From the IMG/VR virus record IMGVR_UViG_3300045988_185035: 64,000 nt of DNA; one strand, given 5' to 3'. Positions 1 to 8,670 of this stretch are shown here, one piece after another; the first letter of the stretch is position 1, and each line of letters begins with the position of its first letter. The notes below the pieces were generated by a model that saw nothing but the letters and a program-made list of their open reading frames with translations, searched no databases and was not told the DNA's origin. Origin of the DNA: a virus. The translations under genes were made by a program, and so were the position numbers.

Positions 1-97
1 TCTTATCGTTGATTGCCGGGATGGTCGGTGCTTCTGCCAGAACAAGCTGTCCACGCATAGAGCAGATGTCCAGAAATGAAATGATATGGTTGCCCAT
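1..97 (-). CDS. hypothetical protein (N-terminal fragment; gene continues beyond window start)
   Basis: ATG at 95-97 (minus strand) preceded by AAGGAGG; reading frame stays open to the window edge (MGNHIISFLDICSMRGQLVLAEAPTIPAINDK...). Confidence 0.4.
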   Translation of the reverse strand, partial: MGNHIISFLDICSMRGQLVLAEAPTIPAINDK

Positions 98-118
98 CCC
101 GATTACCTCCTTGATGGA

Positions 119-805
119 CTATAGTGCGCGGATACCCGCTACACCCTGAGCGCGAAGGAAAGGCTCGCCTGTCACTTTCAGAACAGTGTTGTCCCCTTTT
201 TCATACGCATAACGGATTACTTTCAGCATCTCGTAAGAGAGCTTGCTGTTGTAGGCAAGGCCTGGATTGGAAATCCCGAAATTTCCGTTCCAGCCAACCC
301 TCAACGCTTTGAGCTGAGGAATTAGCAGCTCTCTGGCTTCTATGACACCGACTCCACCCCAGCGAGCATCATGGTATGCTTGCAGACGAATTTCATCGGA
401 ACCATAACTGGTTGCAATATCTAAGGATTCATAGATGATTCCGAACTGCCCCATTAGGATGCGAGAATAGACATCAAGGATGTCAGCCGCCTGAAGCCAG
501 CCTGCTTCGTCCATTTCAATGAGCCTTGTATATGGATTTTCGTCTTTTACCTCCGACTTTATATCCACAGCAGAAAGAGCTGCGTCCAGAATCTTTCTTG
601 CTGCCTTTTGCATGGTAGGAACCGGTCCTGTGACCATAACTTCAGTCAAAATTGTATAGGCGTTTTCAATGTCTGCTTTCTTCGCACCATAAGTCTCACC
701 GACTTCTTTGCAGATAGACGAAAAGTCATTGCCGTAGAACACTTGCATGACCTGCATGATGCGTACAAACAATTTGTACTGTTCTTCTGTAAATTGAATG
801 AACAT
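119..805 (-). CDS. hypothetical protein (228 aa)
   Basis: Six-frame ORF; ATG at 803-805 preceded by AAAGGAG; upstream sigma70-like promoter TTGCCA-16-TATACT on the minus strand at about 860-890. Confidence 0.6.
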   Translation of the reverse strand: MFIQFTEEQYKLFVRIMQVMQVFYGNDFSSICKEVGETYGAKKADIENAYTILTEVMVTGPVPTMQKAARKILDAALSAVDIKSEVKDENPYTRLIEMDEAGWLQAADILDVYSRILMGQFGIIYESLDIATSYGSDEIRLQAYHDARWGGVGVIEARELLIPQLKALRVGWNGNFGISNPGLAYNSKLSYEMLKVIRYAYEKGDNTVLKVTGEPFLRAQGVAGIRAL

Positions 806-975
806 ACGCCGAAAACTCCTTTGCGTTACAGTATTATTTTACCATGAAACATAGCCACTTACAAACATGCAGCCGAAACCGTAACAGAATGTACACAAAT
901 AATTATCTTGAATCCAGTATAGCATAATCTGACGAAATGGCAACAAAAAATGCCGCACACCAAAGTGTACGGCGT

Positions 976-1063
976 TGGCGCTTGTGGTAGGATTTGAACC
1001 TACGAGCAGTTTCCTACTTCCGGTTTTCTGGACCGGCTCCTTCAGCCTCTCGGACACACAAGC
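976..1063 (-). tRNA. tRNA, type II (Ser-like long variable arm); anticodon loop CCAGAAA is atypical (C33; anticodon would read AGA)
   Basis: Hand-folded cloverleaf: acceptor GCTTGTG/CACAAGC, T-arm GTAGG-TTCAAAT-CCTAC, long variable arm, encoded CCA. Confidence 0.55.
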
Positions 1064-1066
1064 AAA

Positions 1067-1154
1067 TGGCGCAGAGGGTGAGGCTCGAACTCACAAGCCG
1101 CTTTCGCGGCGGCAGCTTAGCAAGCTGCTGCACTACCTATTGTGCGACCACTGC
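1067..1154 (-). tRNA. tRNA-Ser(GCT)
   Basis: Anticodon stem GCAGC/GCTGC with loop TTGCTAA; variable-arm hairpin GCCGC-GAAA-GCGGC; T-arm GTGAG-TTCGAGC-CTCAC; one mismatch in the acceptor stem; CCA encoded. Confidence 0.6.
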
Positions 1155-1213
1155 ATAAAGCACTCACATTTTTCTTGCGTATTAAATTTGATAGAACTAA
1201 CGTAGGTGCGTGT

Positions 1214-1290
1214 TGGTGACCCCTGGCAGACTCGAACTGCCGACTCCACATTGAGAGTGTGGTGACTTAGGCCAACTTGTCGAAGGGGCC
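1214..1290 (-). tRNA. tRNA-Glu(CTC)
   Basis: 5' end GGCCCCTTCGAC resembles bacterial tRNA-Glu; anticodon loop CTCTCAA; T-arm GGCAG-TTCGAGT-CTGCC; CCA encoded. Confidence 0.6.
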
Positions 1291-1293
1291 TTA

Positions 1294-1378
1294 TGGTGTG
1301 CCGGACTGGATTCGAACCAGTGAACCGTAACGGAGCGGTTTTACAGACCGTTAGCTTTAACCTCTTGCATACCGACAC
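1294..1378 (-). tRNA. tRNA-Tyr(GTA), type II
   Basis: Anticodon loop CTGTAAA; long variable arm; T-arm ACTGG-TTCGAAT-CCAGT; acceptor stem carries one G.U pair; CCA encoded. Confidence 0.65.
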
Positions 1379-1402
1379 ATAGAATGAGGCATTAAACCTC
1401 AC

Positions 1403-1478
1403 TGGTGCTCCCGGCTGGAGTCGAACCAGCTGCACGCGGCTCTTCAGACCGCTGCTCTACCAGGTGAGCTACAGAAGC
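1403..1478 (-). tRNA. tRNA-Phe(GAA)
   Basis: GCTTCTGTAGCTCA...GAGC start; anticodon loop CTGAAGA; T-arm GCTGG-TTCGACT-CCAGC; CCA encoded. Confidence 0.75.
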
Positions 1479-1479
1479 A

Positions 1480-1556
1480 TGGTGACCGAAATGGGGCTTG
1501 AACCCATAACCTCAAGCGTGAAGGGCTTGCGACTTAACCAATTCGTCAATTCGGCC
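1480..1556 (-). tRNA. tRNA, possibly Glu(TTC); anticodon loop CCTTCAC has C33
   Basis: Acceptor GGCCGAA/TTCGGTC; T-arm ATGGG-TTCAAGC-CCCAT; anticodon stem CAAGC/GCTTG. Confidence 0.5.
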
Positions 1557-1585
1557 ATGTTATGCCGCGCCCGGCGGCTGAGAAT

Positions 1586-1807
1586 TTAAGCGATAACGAG
1601 AATATCGTCAATTTTAGTATCCAACATCGCGGCTAAAATCACGAGGTTGTCGATAGTAGGAAGAGCCGCACCAGCTTGCCACTTAGCGACGGCCTGCGGA
1701 GTAACGCCGAGGGCATCCGCCATATCTTTAACCTTGATGCCCGCCGCTTTGCGGAGCGTTTTGATGTTGGCACCAGTTTGCTGGATGTCTATAGTAGGAA
1801 TCGTCAT
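1586..1807 (-). CDS. XRE-family helix-turn-helix transcriptional regulator (Cro/CI-like, 73 aa)
   Basis: IKTLRKAAGIKVKDMADALGVTPQAVAKWQAG matches the HTH_XRE pattern; the gene sits inside the tRNA array. Confidence 0.8.
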   Translation of the reverse strand: MTIPTIDIQQTGANIKTLRKAAGIKVKDMADALGVTPQAVAKWQAGAALPTIDNLVILAAMLDTKIDDILVIA

Positions 1808-2106
1808 TTGTATGCTGCCTTTCTTTATGCAGGCAACAAAAAAGCTGCCTGCCGAAATCTCGACAAGCAGCTATGACATGCAGTTATCGTTTAGAAGACG
1901 CACCGCATCTGCGCACTGACTGTGTTGGCCTGTCGAGGAGTATGGGAAATAAAGCTGCGTTCATAGGAACTGAACTCAGATTCATAACTATACTCGTTAA
2001 ACGACATAGTGTTGACAGTGTTGCACAGCATATTGGGTATCTCCTTTCTCGTTTCGTTCTGATTCTATTATAGCACGTTTGCATTGAAACGCAATCAACT
2101 TGTGGT

Positions 2107-2289
2107 TTACTTTTTGCTACACCATTTGGCGGTGTCGGGAATGTATATGGCATCTACTCCATCTTGCTTTGGGCTGGAAGGATTTTCCCTGGTTCCCGGC
2201 AACGGGGTTCCTCGTGCTGCCCTGAATTTGGTGCGATAGCCTGCGCCTTGATGCAGTACACGTTCTGAGCCGAGTAATTTGTCGTTCAT
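2107..2289 (-). CDS. small hypothetical protein (60 aa)
   Basis: ATG preceded by GAAAGGAGTATAC; short ORF between tRNA blocks. Confidence 0.4.
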   Translation of the reverse strand: MNDKLLGSERVLHQGAGYRTKFRAARGTPLPGTRENPSSPKQDGVDAIYIPDTAKWCSKK

Positions 2290-2347
2290 GGTATACTCCT
2301 TTCAAAAACAATAATGAGCATGCACCTTTTGAGTACATACTCACCGT

Positions 2348-2423
2348 TGGCAGGGGTAACACGACTCGAACATGCAACACGCGGTTTTGGAGACCGCTGC
2401 TCTACCACTTGAGCTATACCCCT
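2348..2423 (-). tRNA. tRNA-Trp(CCA)
   Basis: AGGGGTATAGCTCAAGTGGTAGAGC; anticodon loop CTCCAAA; acceptor AGGGGTA/TACCCCT; CCA encoded. Confidence 0.7.
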
Positions 2424-2430
2424 ATATAGA

Positions 2431-2505
2431 TGCTTCAGCTGGGAATTGAACCCAGAAGAACTCGGAGCTTAAATCCGCTGCGTCTGCCAGTTGCGCCACT
2501 GAAGC
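2431..2505 (-). tRNA. tRNA, isotype uncertain; loop TTTAAGC would give anticodon TAA (Leu-type) on a short-variable-arm scaffold; no encoded CCA
   Basis: Acceptor GCTTCAG/CTGAAGC; T-arm CTGGG-TTCAATT-CCCAG; D-arm GCGCAACTGGCAGACGC is identical to the tRNA at 2627-2706. Confidence 0.45.
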
Positions 2506-2534
2506 AAAGTTAGCAGTTATCGCATTGCTGGACG

Positions 2535-2621
2535 TGGTGCTCTCGGTGGGAGTCGAACCCACACTCCATGAATGGAACCAGACTCTGAATCTGGCGCGTC
2601 TGCCTATTCCACCACGAGAGC
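2535..2621 (-). tRNA. tRNA-Leu(CAG), type II
   Basis: Anticodon stem CCAGA/TCTGG with loop TTCAGAG; long variable arm; T-arm GTGGG-TTCGACT-CCCAC; CCA encoded. Confidence 0.65.
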
Positions 2622-2626
2622 TTAAA

Positions 2627-2706
2627 TGGTGTCCAAGGCGGGAATCGAACCCGCAGTAAATACTGGTTCCTTAAACCAGCGCGTCTGCCAGTTGCGCCAC
2701 TTGGAC
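2627..2706 (-). tRNA. tRNA, isotype uncertain (loop TTAAGGA, or a 9-nt loop TTTAAGGAA)
   Basis: Acceptor GTCCAAG/CTTGGAC; T-arm GCGGG-TTCGATT-CCCGC; shares its D-arm with the tRNA at 2431-2505; CCA encoded. Confidence 0.45.
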
Positions 2707-2734
2707 ATAGTGGCAGTTGACGTACTGCCGAACG

Positions 2735-2811
2735 TGGTACTCCCCGAGGGATTTGAACCCTCAAAAATGTGCGGTTTGAGCGCACCGTGTCTGCCATTCC
2801 ACCAGAGGAGC
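2735..2811 (-). tRNA. tRNA with anticodon CAA (Leu-type anticodon) but a short variable arm
   Basis: Acceptor GCTCCTC/GGGGAGT with two G.U pairs; anticodon stem GTGCG/CGCAC with loop CTCAAAC; T-arm GAGGG-TTCAAAT-CCCTC. Confidence 0.5.
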
Positions 2812-2814
2812 TTA

Positions 2815-2890
2815 TGGCGGGCGTAGCAGGGCTTGAACCTGCGACACACGGGTTAACGGCCCGCTGCTCTGCCTACTGAGCTATACACCC
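2815..2890 (-). tRNA. tRNA-Asn(GTT); loop CCGTTAA has C33
   Basis: GGGTGTATAGCTCAGTAGGCAGAGC; T-arm GCAGG-TTCAAGC-CCTGC; CCA encoded. Confidence 0.6.
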
Positions 2891-2921
2891 AAAGAAGTGA
2901 CAGATGACGCTCTGCCGGGCG

Positions 2922-2997
2922 TGGTGCGCTCGCGGGAAGTCGAATCCCGAACCTGCCGATTAAAAGTCGGCTACTCTGCCAGTTGAGTTACGAGCAC
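2922..2997 (-). tRNA. tRNA-Lys(TTT)
   Basis: Anticodon stem GCCGA/TCGGC with loop CTTTTAA; T-arm CGGGA-TTCGACT-TCCCG; acceptor GTGCTCG/CGAGCGC. Confidence 0.7.
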
Positions 2998-3076
2998 TTG
3001 TTGCGCATCTACCGTGCCTTGCTTTGGGAGCACTGTCTTTGTGAATCTCACTTCCGATGCGCCTGAAAGTGATAGG

Positions 3077-3150
3077 TGGCCGAGGATGGTCGAGTTGAAC
3101 GACCAATGTCAGAGCCAAAATCTGATGCCTTACCGTTTGGCAAATCCTCG
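3077..3150 (-). tRNA. tRNA-Gln(TTG)
   Basis: Acceptor CGAGGAT/ATCCTCG; anticodon stem TCAGA/TCTGA with loop TTTTGGC; T-arm GGTCG-TTCAACT-CGACC; CCA encoded. Confidence 0.55.
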
Positions 3151-3534
3151 ATGTATACAATATGTATATTTGATACACTTTAATAAGCCCGCCCGGAGCA
3201 TCTTCCGGTGGCATCAAAATGGACTGGATTTGATTTTCTGCATAGAAAAAGCACCCATCAGGCGTTGTGCGTCTGACAGGTGCTCATATCGTGCAGAGTA
3301 CGGAAAACGGCCGATACTCGGATGGTTTTATACTACCATCACTGCACTATGATTCACACAAACAGACAGCACAAAGTTGCCGAGGAGGTACAAATTGCTC
3401 CACAGCTCTTGCCACTTATTCTGTTTGTTCATCATAGTAGCGAACATCGGTGTGTTCTCCTTTCCTAAAATCTCATTATCTTTATTATACACACTGTAAT
3501 ACACAAAGTCAATAGCTAAATTGCAAAAAGTCTA

Positions 3535-3582
3535 AGAAAAAGGCCCGCCGATTTCTCGACGAGCCTCAAGTTCGGGCTTGGC
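3535..3582 (-). terminator. rho-independent terminator downstream of the repeat-lipoprotein gene
   Basis: GC-rich hairpin GCCCG...CGGGC followed by CTTTTTCTT on the minus strand. Confidence 0.45.
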
Positions 3583-3630
3583 TAAATAGCCTGCAACGCT
3601 ATTAGTTATGCCCCAACTGTTCCTGATGGT

Positions 3631-6396
3631 TTAGTCAGCAGCTTCCTCGACAACGATAGCTTCGACTTCGGTCTCTTTGGGCAGAGTGGCATCTTCCTGC
3701 TTGACACCCTCAGAGTCAGACTCTTCAGCATCTTCAGCCGGAACATCAGATTCTGCCGTATCGGCGGGAAGCTCCTCACTTACGGCCGGGGTTTCTGCTT
3801 CCACTGGGGTCTCAACCTCGGCGTCGGAAGGGTTTACACTTGCCAGAGACTGGCTTGCAATGCGGGGGATGGACTCGGTCTTGGTCTCGCCGCAGACAGA
3901 GCAGGTGTGGGTCTTAACGCCCTCATGGTCAGCAGTAGGCTCAACGGTCACAACACCGTTATCCCAACTGTGGTTGTTGGTCTTAGGCAGAGTCTCGATG
4001 AGTTCGGAATAACCGCAGCGGTCGCAGACGTAATCGGTATGACCGTCTTCCTTGCAGGTAGCGGGAGTGGTGTGCAGAGAACCGCTATGGCCCAGTGCGT
4101 TGGTGTAGTTGTCGGTATAAGACTTGGAATCGTCCTCGTTGCACTTATGGTAGGTGTAGCCCTGCTCAGTGCAAGTAGGCTCGACAACAGTCACAGTAAA
4201 GGTGTACTTGGTGGCGAGGATTCCCTCGGTTTTGGTTGCACCACAGACAGTGCAGGTGTAGGTACGGATACCGTTCTCATCGTGGGTCGGCTCTTTGGTA
4301 ACAACGCCCTCGTCCCAAGTATGACCCGTGGCATAAAGGGTATAGGTCATAGTGTGCGTCGGGTCGTTTTTGCAAGTCCGAGTCAGAGAACCATCCTCGG
4401 TGCAAGTTGCCTGCTTGGTGACAACGCCATCATCCCAATCATGGCCGGTGGCAGGAATCGGAGCAGTCTTAGTCTCATTGCAGCCGTCCACGGTGCAGTA
4501 GAAAGTGCGAACGCCGTCTTCCTCGCAAGTCGGCTGCTTGGTCACTTCATTGCGGCCCCAAACGTGGCCCAGCTGAGGGATAGTTTCGGTGTAGGTGTCA
4601 CCGCAGTTCTTGCAGGTGTAGGTGCGGATGCCGCTGGTGGTCTGCGTAGGCTCCTTTGTCACAACGCCTTCATCGTAGTCATGGCCCGTAGCAGGAACTT
4701 CCTCGGTCTTGGTCTTGTTGCAGACGGTGCAGGTAAAGGTCTTCTCACCTGCTTCAGTGCAGGTAGGAGCCTTAGTGATTTCGCCATCGTTCCACTGATG
4801 GTCTTCGGTAACAGGCAGGGTGCTGATGTGCTGGGTGTCGCCGCAGCGCTCGCAGACATTGTCTACGCTGCCCTCGTCTTTGCAGGTGGCAGGGGTCGTG
4901 ACTTCCTTGTAATCGTGGCCCAGAGCGTCGGTATAGCTGTCCTTGTAGGACATGGAGGCATCCTCATTGCACTCGTGCAGGGTGTAACCCTGTTCAGTAC
5001 AGGTGGGCGCAACCACGGTGTCAGTATAGGTGTAGCCCTTGGCAGGGATGACCTCGGTGTAGGTATGGGTCGGGTCATTCTTGCAGGTAAAGGTCTTAAC
5101 GCCATCCTCGGTGCAAGTGGCAGCCGTAGTGATGACACCATCATCCCATTCATGGCCCAGAGCGGCAATTTCCTCGGTCTGAGTCTCGGTGCAGCCGTCG
5201 TTCAGGCACTTGAAAGTCTTGACGCCAGGCTGGTCGCAGGTAGGCTCGGTGGTAACAGTACCCTCGTCCCACTTGTGACCCAGTGCCGGGATAACCTCGG
5301 TCTTGGTCTCACCATCGCGGGAGCAGGTGTAGGTCATAGTACCGTCGGCCGTGCAGGTGGCGGCAACCGTAACAACGCCCTCGTTCCAGTCATGGCCCAG
5401 AGCATCGGTGAAGTCGCGCTTCTCGGTCAGGCTCTCGTCCTGGTCGCAGATGTACACGGTGTAGCCCTGCTCAGTGCAGGTGGGAGCAACCGTCTCACCC
5501 TTGTGCCAGGTCTTCTCCAGAACAGGAATGTCCTCGGTGTAGGAGTCACCGCAAACGGTACAGGTAAAGGTCTTGACGCCCTTCTCATAGATAGTCGGAG
5601 CCTTGGTGACAACACCCTCGTCATAGCTGTGGGGCAGCTTGGCGGTGTAGTCAGCCTTGTAAGTCAGACCCGGAACCTCGTTGCACTCATAGATGGTATA
5701 GCCTTCGCTGGTGCAGGTTGCCGGAACGACTTCCTTGATATGGTAGGTCTTGTTCAGCGCAGGAATCTCTTCGGTACGGGTCTCGCCGCAGTCCTTGCAC
5801 TTGAAGGTCTTGATACCGTTCTCGGTGTAGGTAGCCGCCTTGGTGATGACGCCGTTATCCCAGTTGTGGCCCTTAGGAGCGGTGTAGTTGTCGTTATAGT
5901 TCATGCCGCCCCACTCGTTGCAGATATGCTCGTCATACCCGCCGGTGGTGCAGGAAGCCTCATGGTGGCGAACAACAAAGGTGTAGGTAGGCTCGGCTTT
6001 CTTTTCTTCGGCTGCGGCCGGGGCTGCACTGGCCTGCTGAACGGGTGCCTTGGTCTGAGTCTTGCTGGTGCTGTAGGTCGGCTTCTTGGTAGAAGTGGTG
6101 TTCGCCTGGTCAGAAGAGTTGGAGCTGCTGACAGAAGAATCGGCGGTTTCATCCTTTGCGGTGTCCTGCTTGGTGTCCTCGGTCTTCGTCTCGGAGTCAG
6201 CCGTGGCGGCAGAACTGGCCGTATCCTCGCTCGTGGCGGGAGCCTCGGTCGGAGCCGGTTCAGACTGGCTGGTAGTGGATTCAGAAGATGCAACATTGCT
6301 TTCGTTTTTAGCGCCACAGCCGGTAGCGGAAACCGCCACTGCTGCTGCCATCGCAAAAGCCATGATACTCTTCGCAAGTTTGGTTTTCTTACGCAT
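3631..6396 (-). CDS. surface lipoprotein with about 18 tandem Cys-rich repeats (921 aa)
   Basis: ATG at 6396 preceded by AAGGAGAG; signal peptide with lipobox (ATGC); Ser/Thr/Ala-rich linker; two alternating 35-40-aa repeat types (VxPTCTEQGYTxYxCNED..., GHxWDxGVVTKxPT...TFTCxxCGxTxTE); acidic C-terminus. Confidence 0.8.
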   Translation of the reverse strand: MRKKTKLAKSIMAFAMAAAVAVSATGCGAKNESNVASSESTTSQSEPAPTEAPATSEDTASSAATADSETKTEDTKQDTAKDETADSSVSSSNSSDQANTTSTKKPTYSTSKTQTKAPVQQASAAPAAAEEKKAEPTYTFVVRHHEASCTTGGYDEHICNEWGGMNYNDNYTAPKGHNWDNGVITKAATYTENGIKTFKCKDCGETRTEEIPALNKTYHIKEVVPATCTSEGYTIYECNEVPGLTYKADYTAKLPHSYDEGVVTKAPTIYEKGVKTFTCTVCGDSYTEDIPVLEKTWHKGETVAPTCTEQGYTVYICDQDESLTEKRDFTDALGHDWNEGVVTVAATCTADGTMTYTCSRDGETKTEVIPALGHKWDEGTVTTEPTCDQPGVKTFKCLNDGCTETQTEEIAALGHEWDDGVITTAATCTEDGVKTFTCKNDPTHTYTEVIPAKGYTYTDTVVAPTCTEQGYTLHECNEDASMSYKDSYTDALGHDYKEVTTPATCKDEGSVDNVCERCGDTQHISTLPVTEDHQWNDGEITKAPTCTEAGEKTFTCTVCNKTKTEEVPATGHDYDEGVVTKEPTQTTSGIRTYTCKNCGDTYTETIPQLGHVWGRNEVTKQPTCEEDGVRTFYCTVDGCNETKTAPIPATGHDWDDGVVTKQATCTEDGSLTRTCKNDPTHTMTYTLYATGHTWDEGVVTKEPTHDENGIRTYTCTVCGATKTEGILATKYTFTVTVVEPTCTEQGYTYHKCNEDDSKSYTDNYTNALGHSGSLHTTPATCKEDGHTDYVCDRCGYSELIETLPKTNNHSWDNGVVTVEPTADHEGVKTHTCSVCGETKTESIPRIASQSLASVNPSDAEVETPVEAETPAVSEELPADTAESDVPAEDAEESDSEGVKQEDATLPKETEVEAIVVEEAAD

Positions 6397-6536
6397 GGTT
6401 TTACTCTCCTTAGCGTGTTTTAAGGGTTGCTTTTCGAGCAGAAAACAACTTATTTTTAACGTGCGTTCGTGCTTTCCGTTCACTGACTACATTATACCAA
6501 AATCCGGCATCAATTGAAATTTTGTGCCCCAATGCT

Positions 6537-7271
6537 TTACAAACTGTTCATATTTGATGAGCATTCAGGCTTCCAGGTGAGAACCGTATTCAGCACAGAT
6601 TCAAGCTCCTTTCCCTCATACAGCGAGAGCTTATTAAGAGCATGACGCATAAGAGTATCGTAATTCGTAACACTCATATCGAGTGGTATGGTGATGGTAA
6701 CAGTGCCAGAAAGCGGAGTGAGGATGATAGGAGTGTTGTTTCTGAACTTTTTCTCATCTTTCGGCACCCAGCCGTTTGTCAGAAGATAATCATACAAAGC
6801 ATACGGATTCACAGCCGTCACAGAAACACGACCATCCAGCATCTTGTAAGCCCGCAAATACTTGGTTTCTCGAAGCAAGTCTTTCTGGGTCAGCGGATAT
6901 GGCAGCCTGGTAAGGTCCATGTTGCTGCGTAAATCACTCAGTTTGACTTTAGTAGCAACCGGATTCTGACGGATATGCCAGATGTATTCGGCGTAGCTCA
7001 TTCCCTTCCGGCGGGTCAACACATTTACCGCGTCTGCCACCTCTTTCGGGAATTCTGCCCGGATGTCAGCCATTGTAATGGTTGTATCCTCGACAGTGTC
7101 GTGCAGGTACGCAACAGCTTCGGCTACCGGGTCATCGTTCACCCCCTTAGCAACCACCGAGACATGTGCGATAAAGTAGTCTTCCCCTGCTTTGTCCTTC
7201 TGCCCCGCATGGGCTTCTACCGCCCAGCGTTTGGCTTTTTCGACCATCTTGGTCAGTTCTAATTCGGTCAT
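6537..7271 (-). CDS. HD-domain (p)ppGpp hydrolase-like protein (SpoT/Mesh1-type small alarmone hydrolase) with a C-terminal extension
   Basis: AHAGQKDKAGEDYFIAHV...AVAYLHDTVEDT matches the SpoT/RelA HD hydrolase motif; start MTELEL with a GAGGAG ribosome-binding site. Confidence 0.75.
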   Translation of the reverse strand: MTELELTKMVEKAKRWAVEAHAGQKDKAGEDYFIAHVSVVAKGVNDDPVAEAVAYLHDTVEDTTITMADIRAEFPKEVADAVNVLTRRKGMSYAEYIWHIRQNPVATKVKLSDLRSNMDLTRLPYPLTQKDLLRETKYLRAYKMLDGRVSVTAVNPYALYDYLLTNGWVPKDEKKFRNNTPIILTPLSGTVTITIPLDMSVTNYDTLMRHALNKLSLYEGKELESVLNTVLTWKPECSSNMNSL

Positions 7272-7321
7272 ACAAAACTCCTCATAAAACAAGAAAAGCC
7301 GGGATTGACCCGGCAAAATCA

Positions 7322-7410
7322 TGGCGGACGGGGTGGGATTCGAACCCACGGACACTTGCGGCATCGCTGGTTTTCAAGACCAGTTCCATAGGCCACTCGG
7401 ACACCCGACC
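7322..7410 (-). tRNA. tRNA-Ser(TGA), type II
   Basis: GGTCGGGTGTCCGAGTGG...; anticodon stem CTGGT/ACCAG with loop CTTGAAA; long variable arm; T-arm GTGGG-TTCGAAT-CCCAC. Confidence 0.7.
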
Positions 7411-7445
7411 ATGTAGTAAGATGTTAGCCGCAGTTGTCCCCCTGC

Positions 7446-7560
7446 GTTGCCCGTCGTCCGCCCCGTGGAGGCCATCTTTATGGACGACTGACGGAGTTTT
7501 GCTCCGTCTATACCGCAGCCGCTTTCGCCACACGGTATGATTATTACGGCTTGCTTGCGC
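7446..7560. ncRNA. structured repeat unit A (~100 nt): GTTGCCC box, hairpin 1 with CGTGGAGG core loop, hairpins 2 and 3
   Basis: Stem pairs GTCGTCC/GGACGAC, GACGGAG/CTCCGTC and ATACCG/CGGTAT; homologous to the unit at 7713-7830 with compensatory stem changes. Confidence 0.45.
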
Positions 7561-7712
7561 ATCCTGTTCTATCGGCGTGTCCGCCGTAGCGCGGCAAGAT
7601 GAACAATGCTCGTGGTGTAGTTTTACCCGAAAAGGAGACTTCGGAGGCCCCGCGCTATTTCATCATGGAACTTAACTAACGACACAAGAGTATTAGCCAC
7701 AGATGTATCTGT

Positions 7713-7830
7713 GTTGCCCGTCATCCACCTCGTGGAGGTTGCTCTTTTGGATGACTGACGAGGGTGTGCGCCTCGCCAATGCCGCAGCCGGTTTCGCCAC
7801 TCGGCACTGCATTTTTCCGGCTTGACGATG
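7713..7830. ncRNA. structured repeat unit B (tandem paralog of 7446-7560)
   Basis: GTCATCC/GGATGAC, GACGAGG/CCTCGCC and TGCCG/CGGCA stems enclose the same conserved loops (cgtggagg; ccgcagccgSTTTCGCCAC). Confidence 0.45.
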
Positions 7831-7979
7831 CCCTGTGTAAATCGCTTGTCCAAGCGGCGCGGACAAGGCATTCGTCTTCGTGGTCATAGTTAAGGAGTTC
7901 CGCGCAAATGACCGTACTGCGAATCAACAACAGTACAATGCACGCCCAGAGACAGCCGCAGGAAGCGGCATGTTGCTGG

Positions 7980-8055
7980 TGGTGGAAATAGAGGGATTCG
8001 AACCCTCGACCCCCTGCTTGCAAAGCAGGTGCTCTCCCAGCTGAGCTATATCCCC
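7980..8055 (-). tRNA. tRNA-Ala(TGC)
   Basis: GGGGATATAGCTCAGCTGGGAGAGC with G3.U70; anticodon loop TTTGCAA; T-arm GAGGG-TTCGAAT-CCCTC. Confidence 0.75.
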
Positions 8056-8085
8056 ATGATGGCGGGGCATCCCCGCCGGACAGTT

Positions 8086-8469
8086 TTAGGTGTACTGGAA
8101 GTCGCCGTACTGCTTGACCTCGCGCTCCAGGTGGAGCGGAATGGTCTTGGTGCTTCGCTGCGTGATGTCGCTACGTGCCACCAGAGTCTCGCTTACGCCT
8201 GCCGCCTGAAGAACTTCAAACAGATTGGACGGTCCTGTACCAGCATAGCCCGCCGTCAGTCCGTTGACACGCATTGTAAACCCATGCAGACGCGGTGCCA
8301 GGCCGGAGATGAAGTCGAGCTCAACAACGACCTCGTCACTCTTATCGTTCACACGTTTGACTGAGATAGCACGGATGTTCTGGCTTCCGAAGGTCTCAAT
8401 CAGTTTCTTGGCTGCCGCTGCGGTTTCAATCGTGGATGTACCTTCTACATTGATAATTGCCTGCTCCAT
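8086..8469 (-). CDS. hypothetical protein (about 127 aa)
   Basis: Internal ATG (MEQAIINVEG...) preceded by AAAGGAGATGATTCCA; the longer N-terminal ORF extension is Arg-rich and lacks a ribosome-binding site. Confidence 0.5.
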   Translation of the reverse strand: MEQAIINVEGTSTIETAAAAKKLIETFGSQNIRAISVKRVNDKSDEVVVELDFISGLAPRLHGFTMRVNGLTAGYAGTGPSNLFEVLQAAGVSETLVARSDITQRSTKTIPLHLEREVKQYGDFQYT

Positions 8470-8670
8470 TGGAATCATCTCCTTTCTACTTAGAGTTGTC
8501 ATGCGCTGTAGCAGATAACGCTCTGCCATGCGGGGCTTTACGTTGCCCATTCGTGTTCGGTTCCGGCTACGACGACTTCCGTAAGGACTTAGCCAACCGC
8601 CAACAGGTGCATGCCCCCGTTGGAAGCTTCTTGGGCGGATTCTCAAAGAGCGCGTCGCCCAATCGGACCG

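Noticed and set aside
2431-2811. Suppressor tRNAs or an alternative genetic code
   Set aside because: The Leu-type anticodons on short-arm scaffolds are odd. However, long uninterrupted ORFs throughout the window under the standard code argue against stop-codon reassignment. None of the loops clearly gives a stop-complementary anticodon.
3907-6423. 838-aa plus-strand ORF antisense to the repeat lipoprotein gene
   Set aside because: Gly/Ala/Val-rich low-complexity translation produced by the antisense of an S/T/E-rich repeat gene. It has no ribosome-binding site and runs against the uniform minus-strand gene organisation.
6397-6483. Upstream in-frame extension MNGKHERTLKISC... of the lipoprotein ORF
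   Set aside because: It lacks a ribosome-binding site. The downstream ATG (MRKKTKL) has AAGGAGAG and starts a canonical signal peptide.
7623-8023. Three overlapping minus-strand ORFs (62-100 aa) between tRNA-Ser and tRNA-Ala
   Set aside because: They overlap the tandem structured repeat units, lack ribosome-binding sites and have Arg/Cys-rich translations typical of GC-rich non-coding sequence.
8470-8646. N-terminal extension (MRIRPRSFQRGH...) of ORF 8086-8646
   Set aside because: Arg/Ser-rich with no ribosome-binding site. An internal ATG with a strong ribosome-binding site (AAAGGAGATGATTCCA) gives a compact 127-aa protein.
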